DNA of 63,416 nt, counting the filler, from Chrysochromulina tobinii (Eukaryota): the NCBI GenBank assembly GCA_001275005.1. It is 5 parts of 5 records of this genome, joined end to end, with 100 filler letters (N's around TTAATTAATTAA, not from the genome) between each part and the next. Parts side by side here need not be neighbours in the genome. Positions count along the whole stretch, not along the records: positions 48,472 to 61,263 come from JWZX01001329.1; positions 61,364 to 63,416 come from JWZX01001365.1; 3 more parts are not named here. One strand, written 5' to 3'. A program made the position numbers and the translations under genes. Below the pieces are notes generated by a model that was not told where the DNA came from, did no database searches, and saw only the letters and a list, made by a program, of their open reading frames with translations. Shown here piece after piece: positions 54,965 through 63,416 of this stretch; the stretch's first letter is position 1, and each line of letters opens with the position of its first letter.

Positions 54965-56974
54965 ATGGACGCACAGCAACAGCTCCAGAATGATGCCAAT
55001 CCTTCCGTGGACACATTTCGGGCTGCTTCCGGTCCAGACCCCGTGGATGCTGAATGTTTCACGGTTGTAACGTACAACATTCTCTCGTCGGCCCTGGCGA
55101 GCCCGGATTGGTTCCGCAATTGTGATCCTCGTGATTTGGAAGCCGATACGAGGCTACAACGCGTCTTGCACAAGCTGGGGGCGCAGGTTGAGAAGCGGGC
55201 CATCATCTGTCTCCAAGAGGTCTCTCGGGGCTGGAGCGGCAAGCTGCATGCCTTCTTCCAGCAGCGCAACTACACGTTCATCGACTCGCTGTATGGCGCG
55301 CAAGTCTCCGGCTACATGGGCGTCGGGCTAGCCTTCCCTAACGAACGGTGGAGAGCGGCTGACATCGACATCCAACGCATCGCCGACACCAAGGACGCAT
55401 GGATTGTTCCGGAGCGCGAGAAGGTGTGGCGGCCCTCGAGCTCCGAATCTCGCGTCGGAGATTGGACCTGCCCTTCGTGTGGCGCCCATGTGTTTGCCAC
55501 CAAGGTCGCGTGCTATCGGTGCCATGCGCCCAAGCCGGAGGTGGTGCCAGAGACGAATGGCGCTGCGTTGGGTGCTCCGTTGGGTGCTCCGTTGGGCGCG
55601 GGTCCGTTGGGCGGGGCGCTGTCGTCGCTCTGGGATTGGCTTCGCGCGCGGTGCGGAGCCGGGGCCATCGGCGTGAGCGGCAGCAGCGGAGCAGCAGCTG
55701 CCGCAAGCAGTAGCCTGGAGCACGACGATGAGCTTGCCCGTGCGCTACAGGCGGAAGAGTACGATCGCGGCGTAGGCAAGCCGCGCCGCGGGGTCGCCTC
55801 GAACGGGGCGGCGGAGGTGCCGGCGTGGTATGATGCAGCTCGTCGCAAAGAGAACACGATGGTCGCGGTCCATCTGAGCAGCACGAGCCACGAGCTTGTC
55901 CGCTTGTGGTGCGCGACCTATCACATGCCATGTGCCTTCGACCAGCCGAAGCTCATGGCGATGCATGCCGCGATGGCCATGCAGCACCTGCAGCGCCTCG
56001 CGGCCCCGATGAGCGTCCCTTGCATCCTCGGCGGCGACTGGAATCTCAAGCCGGCCGACCATGTGTACGCGCTGCTCACGACCGGAGCTATGCCCGCGGC
56101 GGCGGCGAGTGACGACGCATACCCAGCCCCGTGCCCCGAGGGTGACACGTGGCAACCCGATCTGTGCTGCCCAATGCGTAGCGCTTACCACGTGGCCCAT
56201 GGCCACGAGCCCGAGTTCACCAATTTTGCCCAGTCGATGAAGGATAGTGTGCCCTTCATCGACTGCCTGGACTACGTCTTCATTTCACCTCACGTGGCGG
56301 TGCGGAGCGTGCCGGCGCTGCCAGGGCGGGAGGAGGTGTCGGGCCCATTCCCCACGGCACTCGAGCCGTCCGATCATCTGCTCCTCTCAGTTGACCTCGC
56401 ACTGCCTGCCCTGCCCGACGGTTCGCATGCGACGGCGTATGCGACGCCACTGTCGGTGGCCCCCGGCGGCGATGCCTTGCCAATGGGCAGGGAGGGTGGA
56501 TATCTCGGCCATATCTCGGCCATATCTCGGGATGCCTTACCAATGGGCAGGGAGGGTGGAGGATGCGAACGGGGTGGTCGTGGAGGAGGCGGAGTGCGTG
56601 GTGGCGAGAGGGCCGCCGCCTCGGCGGCCCAAGATGCTCAACTGGAGGCTGCCCGGCGCGCCCAGCTCACCGCGTTCCTCCAACGGCCGGCCGACAAGTC
56701 CCTGAGCTTCCCTCCGACGCTCAACAGCTTCGAGCGCCGCCTCGTGCACTCACTCGCCGAGGAGCTCGGGCTGCTTCACATGAGCGAGGGTGAGGGACGT
56801 GGACGCTACATACGAGTCGAGAAGAAGCCGCCGCCGCCATTTAGCGGAGAGGGCCACCGCCTGGCCTCCGAGTCCGACCAATCCGCGGCCGCGGCAGAAG
56901 CGGCCCAAGTCGTCGCGATGACTGCCGAGGAAATGCGCGCGGCGCGCCTCGCCGCGCTCGAGAAGCGGTCATAG
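54965..56974 (+). CDS. CCR4/nocturnin/PDE12-like EEP nuclease with RanBP2 zinc finger and R3H domain
   Basis: VTYNIL, CLQEV, GGDWN, LDYVF, PSDH; GDWTCPSCGAHVFATKVACYRC; FPPTLNSFERRLVHSLAEELGL. Confidence 0.88.
   Translation: MDAQQQLQNDANPSVDTFRAASGPDPVDAECFTVVTYNILSSALASPDWFRNCDPRDLEADTRLQRVLHKLGAQVEKRAIICLQEVSRGWSGKLHAFFQQRNYTFIDSLYGAQVSGYMGVGLAFPNERWRAADIDIQRIADTKDAWIVPEREKVWRPSSSESRVGDWTCPSCGAHVFATKVACYRCHAPKPEVVPETNGAALGAPLGAPLGAGPLGGALSSLWDWLRARCGAGAIGVSGSSGAAAAASSSLEHDDELARALQAEEYDRGVGKPRRGVASNGAAEVPAWYDAARRKENTMVAVHLSSTSHELVRLWCATYHMPCAFDQPKLMAMHAAMAMQHLQRLAAPMSVPCILGGDWNLKPADHVYALLTTGAMPAAAASDDAYPAPCPEGDTWQPDLCCPMRSAYHVAHGHEPEFTNFAQSMKDSVPFIDCLDYVFISPHVAVRSVPALPGREEVSGPFPTALEPSDHLLLSVDLALPALPDGSHATAYATPLSVAPGGDALPMGREGGYLGHISAISRDALPMGREGGGCERGGRGGGGVRGGERAAASAAQDAQLEAARRAQLTAFLQRPADKSLSFPPTLNSFERRLVHSLAEELGLLHMSEGEGRGRYIRVEKKPPPPFSGEGHRLASESDQSAAAAEAAQVVAMTAEEMRAARLAALEKRS
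56471..56560 (+). repeat. 30-bp coding duplication flanking a 30-bp (tatctcggcca)n insert
   Basis: 56471-56500 vs 56531-56560 (29/30); insert 56501-56530. Confidence 0.85.
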
Positions 56975-57085
56975 CTTCACACGCCACACGCCCGCAGAGC
57001 GTAGATTTGTGAAGTCCCGGAAGAACTTCTCCGCGAGATGTTCACAGCTGACAACATTTACCCACCCCGCCCGCACCCAAGTACA

Positions 57086-57904
57086 ATGAGCGGTGAGACG
57101 CTCGCATGGATCGCGAGCTCAAGCGTGACGGGCCCCGAGTGGGTGCGGGCACGCGTCGTGGGCCAGAACGTCGACGGCTCTGTCGAGCTCAAAGCACTCG
57201 ACTGCGATGCGACCCATACGGCCGCGGGGTCGGAGAACCTGCAGCTCGTGAGCGTGCTTCCAGAGGACGGCGTTGAAGACATGACGCAGCTCGACCACCT
57301 GCACGAGCCGGGGCTGCTTGACAATCTACGCCACCGCTTCGTGCGTGACCACGTGTACACGTACACGGGCGAGATCTGCATTGCTGTCAATCCATTCAAC
57401 TGGCAGGTGAGTGAGCCGCTGTATGATGAGCACATGCTCATGCGCTACCGCGGTGCCGAGTTTGGCGCGCTGGCGCCGCATGTGTACGCTATCGCTGAGG
57501 CCGCGTACCAGCACGTGCGCACCGAGCAGCGCAGTCAGTCCATCCTCATTTCGGGCGAGAGCGGAGCGGGCAAGACGGAGTCTGTGAAGATCATGATGAG
57601 CTATCTCGCGCGGGTCTCGCGCCCTTCGGACGACGCGCCGAACGCGGTGGCGGAGCAGGTGCTTGCGTCCAACCCGCTGCTCGAGGCCTTTGGCAACGCG
57701 CGCACCTTGCGCAACGATAACTCGTCCCGCTTTGGCAAGTTTATCCAGATGCAATTCGATGGCCAGTTCCGGATGGGCGGGGCCCAGTTGCACATCTACC
57801 TGCTCGAAAAGTCTCGTGTGGTTCGACAGAGCGAGGGGGAGGTATGCTGCTGGCACGCGCGCCCCTCGTCCTCTGCAGAGCACTCCACCAGAGCACTCCA
57901 CCAT

Positions 57905-57954
<50 letters not shown>

Positions 57955-60900
57955 ACTCACCCACGATCAGTCTTTCTCCCAAGCGACACGTGTCCATATG
58001 CTCTCCTCCGCTCGATGCCTGCCCGTGTGCTCGCAGCGTAACTACCACATCTTCTACCAGCTGCTTGCAGGCCTTACGCCCGACGAGCGCGCCGCCTGCC
58101 GCCTTGGCACGCTGCAGCCTGCCGCCTTTGCACTGCTCAACCAGAGCTCGTGCATACGCATCGCTGGGCTCGACGACGCGGAGCAGCTCCGTCGCACCTG
58201 CGAAGCGATGGGTGCGATCGGCATGGCAGGGGCGGAGCAGGAGCTTGTGCTGCGTACGCTCGCGGCCGTGCTGCTCCTTGCGCAGATCGCCTTCGCCGCT
58301 GGCGACGATGCGGAGAGCACGCCCTCCTTTTTAATCGCCGCCGCCGCCCCTGCTTCCGCCCCTGCTTCCGAGCCTGCTTCCGCGCCTGCCGCCGCCCCTG
58401 CTGCTGCTGCTGTGGAACAGGCGGCCGCCACGGTGGCCAAGGGATGTGAAGCGCTCGCCTCCGTGTGTGAGCTCCTAGGGGTCGAGAGCGCCGAGTTGAG
58501 CGATGCACTCTGCACGCGCCAGCTTGTGACTCGCGACGACGTCGTGACGGTACCGCTCACGACCGAGCAAGCTCGTGACTCGCGCGCCGCCCTGACCAAG
58601 GCTGTGTATGGCCGGCTGTTTGCGTGGCTGGTATCGCGCTGTAACGAGCGCCTCGTGGTGGCGGAGCCCGCCGCCGTGGCCGCGAGCATCGGCGTACTCG
58701 ACATCTTTGGCTTTGAGTGCTTCCAAATCAACTCGTTTGAGCAGCTCTGCATCAACTTTGCCAACGAGGCTCTGCAGCAGCACTTTTGCGCCGACGTCTT
58801 CCGTGCACAGCAGGATGAGTACACGCGCGAGGGGCTGGCGTGGCTGCCGATTGCGTACGCGGATAACGCCGACGTGCTCGCGTTGCTGAGCGAGAGGCAG
58901 CCCCCCGGTGTGCTTCCACTACTCGACGAGGAGTCGTTCATTCAGAATGGCTCCGACACCAAGTTTGTGCACAAGCTACGTGAGCGCCATGGCAGCAGCG
59001 GCGGCGGCGGTGCTGCTGGTGCCGCTGGTGCCGCTGGTGCCGCTGGTGCCGCTGGAGGTGGAGGGGCTGGTGCCGCGGGAGGTGTCAGTCCCAGCCTCGG
59101 CACGCTGGCGGCCGCCCTCTCCAGTGCCGTTCACTTGAGCTTCCCGCGCACCGCACGCACCGCCTTCACCATCAAGCACTATGCCGGCGAGGTGACGTAC
59201 GAGGCGATCGGCATGCGCGACAAGAACCGCGACGCGCTCCACCCCGACCTGGCGCACCTGATGGCGCACGGCAGCCGAGAGTCGTTTGTGCGCTCCTTAT
59301 TCGGCGACGCTGGCGCGCCATCCTCACCAGCCGAGCGCGGCCGCCGCGCAGCCGACCGCAAGTCCGTCGCGTCACAGTTCCTGCAGCAGCTTGGCTCGTT
59401 GATGCGTTCACTCGAGGCGACGACCACTCACTACTGCCGTTGCATCAAGCCGAATCGGGCCGGAGTACCACGCGAGTTTGAGAGCGCCTACGTCGCGGGC
59501 CAGCTGCGCAGCGCCGGCGTGCTCGAGGCCGTGCGCATCGCGCGGCTCGCTTACCCGACGCGCGTGCCGCTGCGCGCCTTTCTCGCGCGATTCAAGGTGC
59601 TCGAGGGCGACACAGCCGCTCCGGCCGCTCCGGCGGCTCGAGGGCAAGAGGCTCCGGCCGCCAACGATGAGGCCTCGATCAAGGCGGCAGTGGGCGCGCT
59701 GCTCCACTTGCTCCTCGGCTCTCGGCCAGCCGCCGCCCACCGAGAGCATCCCCCCTCCGATGCGTCCGCCCCGGCCGTCGACGCCCCCAATGCGAGCACG
59801 TACGCTGTGGGGCGAACGAAGGTCTTCTTCCGCGCAGGCCAGCTCGAGAAGCTTGAACGTCGCCTGGCGGGCGCCCTCGGGCAGCGCGCGGCGACGCTGC
59901 AGGCGACCATCCGGCGGATGCTCGCGCAGGGGTCGTATACCAAGCTCCGCAGCTCGGCGCTCCGCATGCAGACGTTGCGCCGGCGGGGGGTTGCGTACTG
60001 TCGCTTTCAGCGGCAGCGGGACGCGGCGTTGTGCCTGCAGCTGGCGTGGCGAGGCGCGCGCGCGCGCTGGCTCGTCGCTCGGGCGTTAGCCGCGCGGCGG
60101 CTGCAAGCGCGGCAGCGCATGGTGTCATCGAGGGCTCGCTTTCGCGCCCTACGCGCCGCGGCGGTGTGCGCGCAGCGGCTCTGGCATGGTGTCAGGGCGC
60201 GTCGGACGGTCCGGGCCCTGCGGCTCGAGGCTGCCCGTCGGAAGGACGTCGAATGGCAGTTGGCCGAACTTCGGCGGCAGTTAGCCGAGGAGTCGGGCTC
60301 GTCCGCGGAGCTGCTCGCGACACAACAGCGCCAGTACGAGGCCGAGATGACGAAACTTCGGCACGAGGCGAGCACGGCGGGTGCGGCGCTCGAGCTGAGT
60401 GAGAAGGAGCGCTCGCGCGAGAAGCAGGAGGCAGCGGCGAGGCAGCTGGCGCTCAAGATGGAGGTGTCCGCGCTCAAGAAGGCGCTCGCGGCCACCCAGG
60501 CGCAGCTCCAGCTTGCCCTCGAGACGCGCGCCCTCGCCACGCTCCCGCCCCCTCCGTCGGCGCTTGCCGAGGATGAGGGCGCCGTGGCGGGCGCTGCCGA
60601 GCGGAGCCCAGCGTTTCAGCGGCGAGCGTCGAGTCCTCTACCGGTACCGCGGCCGCCGCCGCCGCCGCGGCCGCCGCCGCCGCCGCCACCCTCGGGCAGT
60701 GTTGTCGCGCCTCAGTCGCTCTGGGGACACAGCGCCCGTCGATCCAACTTGGATACAAGCACCAGCGGCGTCGGCGGCGGCACCGGTGGTGTCGGCGGCG
60801 GTGGTGTCGGCGGCGGGCAGGTGAACCAGTCGGCGGCCGTCGCGGCGCAGCGCTCCTCGCAAGCGCACCTGCTCCGATTGCTCCATCAGTCCGAAAAGGA

Positions 60901-61263
60901 GCGCGAGCAGCTCCGCAAGCAACGCGACGCCCATGCCGACGAGGCACGCCGCCTCGCTAACGCCGCCACGAGTGCGAAACAGGAGGCCGCGATGCTCCGC
61001 TCGCAATGTGCCGTCCTCAACGCCGGTGCGATGTTCACTCAGCCCGGCGGCGCCGGCGTGGGCGCGGGCACGGGCTGCGCCTACCGTGCTGCCGACTCCC
61101 TCTTTGCAGACGAAGCCGCCGCCCGCGCCTCCCCCTATGGCGAACCTGCGGCGGAAGCGCTCACGCCCATCATCTCCCCGTCGATGCAGCCGGCGAGGCG
61201 CCCTGGATCCATCATGCGCATTGGAGGGGGAAGCACTCCCCCGCAGCCGCCGCGCGCGCGCGG
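57086..61263 (+). CDS. Myosin heavy chain (motor, several IQ motifs, coiled coil), 3'-truncated; in-frame intron 57842-58036
   Basis: GESGAGKTE, LEAFGNARTLRNDNSSRFGK, LDIFGFE, NSFEQLCINFANE, RCIKPN. The 195-nt GT-AG intron with a (CT)n tract interrupts GE|RNYHIFY. Confidence 0.95.
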
Positions 61264-61363
61264 NNNNNNNNNNNNNNNNNNNNNNNNNNNNNNNNNNNNN
61301 NNNNNNNTTAATTAATTAANNNNNNNNNNNNNNNNNNNNNNNNNNNNNNNNNNNNNNNNNNNN
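61264..61363. other. Artificial contig linker
   Basis: N44-TTAATTAATTAA-N44. Confidence 0.97.
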
Positions 61364-61958
61364 ACAGCGATGTGTGTGGTCGCTGCTCTCGAGCACGAGC
61401 AGAGCGATGTGTGTGGTCGCTCTGCTCGGGGGAGAGCGATTTGTGTCGGGGAATGGGCGAAAACGGGGGCGTTCAAAGCGATTTTCGAGAGCGAAAACGG
61501 GGGAGCTAAAAAGGACAAAAGCAAAGCGAAACGGTGAGCAGAGCGAAGCGAAAGCGAAAACAGTGCGAAGCGAGGAGAGCGCGCGCGCGCGCGGAGCGAA
61601 CCACGCTGCGAGCAGAGCGACGAGCGCTCCGAGTCGTGCGAGTGCGTCAGTGCGCCGCGCTCCACCACGTGCTGCGCAAGCTGCGGGAAAGTCTGCGCGA
61701 GCGGGGACGTGGAGCACACCACGGATGACGGAGATACACGAGAGGCGGCTGGCAAGCTGCTGTGCGCCACGACACTGTCGTCATTCGACGCCGCCATCGT
61801 CACGCGACGGCGGCGTCTAATGACTTCTTTTGCGTTCCCTTCGGGGCGCGCGCCAATGGGCGCGTCTCTACACCTCCGACGCCCTCTGCGACGACGGCGG
61901 CCCGGCACCGAGTACGCAGACTGCACCTACGGCTCCGACTGCGCGGACTGCGGCCGAG

Positions 61959-62216
61959 CGCGTCTCGGGCATCATCTTCGTCGTCGACGCGGCTGATGCG
62001 TCGCGCTTCGACGAGGCTCGGCAGGAGCTGCACAAGCTGCTGAGCGAGCCGCGGCTGCGGGGGGTACCACTGCTCGCGAATAAGATGGACCTGCCCGAGG
62101 TGGAGGCTGCCCTCGGGGTGGCCGAGCGCGACCCCCGACCCGACGGAGCGCGCTGCGCCGTCCAAGGCGCGTGCAGCCTCTGCGGCGATGGCGTCGTGGC
62201 CGCGCTCGAGTGGTGA
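61959..62216 (+). pseudogene. ARF/ARL small GTPase C-terminal fragment
   Basis: GIIFVVDAADASRFDEARQELHKLLSEPRLRGVPLL-ANKMDL...GDGVVAALEW; no P-loop or switch region upstream and internal deletions. Confidence 0.7.
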
Positions 62217-63416
62217 CGTGTATCTCCGAGGTGCATCATATGCCTCTGCGACACTGATCATCCTGCCCGCCGTCTTCGGACGTGCTGCGGTCTCGAGATA
62301 CACGTGTTGTGCTTCGAGCAGGCCGTTACCGCCGATCCACTCCGTTGCCCGCATTGCCGCTCCTGTTTCGCCTGCCTCTTGCAGGGCTCTCAGTGTCGAG
62401 CATGTGTACGGACTGTGGCTGAGGGTGCAGCGAGGGCAGCTGCCATAGCCGCCGTGGCAGCTCGAGAGGCACAGATGGCGCTGGAGGTACGGGAGACGAC
62501 GGAGGAGGCTGGGATTCAGGCTGCAGCTGCGGAGGCCACGCCCCACCCGGCGCCTCTTCCTCGGCCTCTTCCTCGGCCTCGGATGGAGACAGCTCATCAG
62601 CCAGGCTTTGGCGCTCGCGCTCGGGAGGCACTCTTGACCGAGACGGCATCGGGTACGGTTCGGGCGGCCGTGCCAGACGTCGACCCGGAGTCAGCCTACC
62701 CACAGCCGGAGCTCCCACTCGCCTCAGCCGGAGTCCCAGCGGATTCCTCACTCGTGGCGGCTCAGTGGACGGCGATCGACAGAGTGGATGCTCTCCAGTG
62801 CGCCATCTCGCCGTGCTCTCAGCTGGCTCACGTGCCAGATGCCTTCCGTACGGATTGGGCACGGGCACAGTCTGAGGTCTTCGCTATCCTCCTCGATGGT
62901 TTCGCTCTCTGGAGGGCCTCTGGAGACCGATCTGCTTTGGATCGGGGCCTTAAGTGGCATCTTGCCCTTTCGGCTATCCTCCTTCGAGGCCGGCGTCGTG
63001 CTGGTCGTCGCGGTGACGCCGCCGTCGCTCAGCGCTTTGGTCACTGGCGTGCTGGCAGACGCGATCTGCTCGTGCGGCTGTGGCTCGACGACCGGGGGAG
63101 ATCGGCGGAGTACCGTCGTCTACGCGCTGAGTCTTCGACACCGGACCCCGCCGCCACGATCGAGCGCGTCCTTGAGCACATCGACGACGGAGAGCTCTCG
63201 CGGGCTCTGCGCCTGCTCCATTCAGCGGGCATTGCTGATGTTGATGAGGGTGTGCTCGCTCAGCTCCGGGCTAAACACCCGGAGCGAGGTGAGCCGGTGC
63301 CAGCAGCTATCGAGGGAGACTTCACGCGCCACCGCTTCGACCTCACCGAGCACTTTCGCAGGCTCCGCCGTTCGGCGGGTGCGGGACCTGATGGTTGCCG
63401 TAACGAGTACCGCACT
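62217..63416 (+). mobile_element. CRE-like non-LTR retrotransposon ORF (5' part, runs off the window) with N-terminal RING-like finger
   Basis: Open frame from 62217 to the window end, absent from the ORF track. CIICLC...TCCGLEIHVLC...CPHC, then GELSRALRLLHSAGIA, LAQLRAKHP, SAGAGPDGCRNEY, typical of the region just before the RT of CRE elements; the RT core itself is not visible. Confidence 0.7.

Noticed and set aside
57842..58036. Novel 65-aa insertion in the myosin motor
   Set aside because: It is a stop-free 195-nt GT-AG intron containing a (CT)n microsatellite.

Overview
Eukaryotic, GC-rich nuclear DNA, most likely from a haptophyte (prymnesiophyte) alga; the taxon is inferred from gene content and intron style. 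The window is not contiguous. Four 100-nt linkers (N44-TTAATTAATTAA-N44) join five contigs: 1-23052, 23153-34127, 34228-48371, 48472-61263 and 61364-63416. Contig 1 carries a dense run of apparently intronless glycan-modifying genes (GT32, GT25, GT77-like, FkbM methyltransferase, PhyH dioxygenase, GT61, plant PMT-like double methyltransferase), a long SDR-like gene and a SET-domain gene. Contig 2 holds a two-domain glycosyltransferase, a five-exon ankyrin-PARP (tankyrase-like) gene that the ORF track splits, and a probably targeted unknown protein. Many contig 2 introns are built from a 20-40 nt duplication of the flanking exon plus a short reused module that supplies the missing splice site. 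This candidate intron-generating system is the most interesting signal in the window. Contig 3 has APC11, a membrane-anchored tandem class-III aminotransferase, tRNA-Arg(ACG), a DDX52/ROK1 pseudogene and a hAT-type MITE. Contig 4 has a receptor-like TKL kinase, an ER FKBP, a sulfotransferase-like gene, an EEP nuclease with RNA-, ubiquitin- and p97-binding motifs, and a myosin. Contig 5 has an ARF-like fragment followed by a CRE-like non-LTR retrotransposon ORF with an N-terminal RING-like finger. All calls come from reading motifs by eye; no database searches were run.
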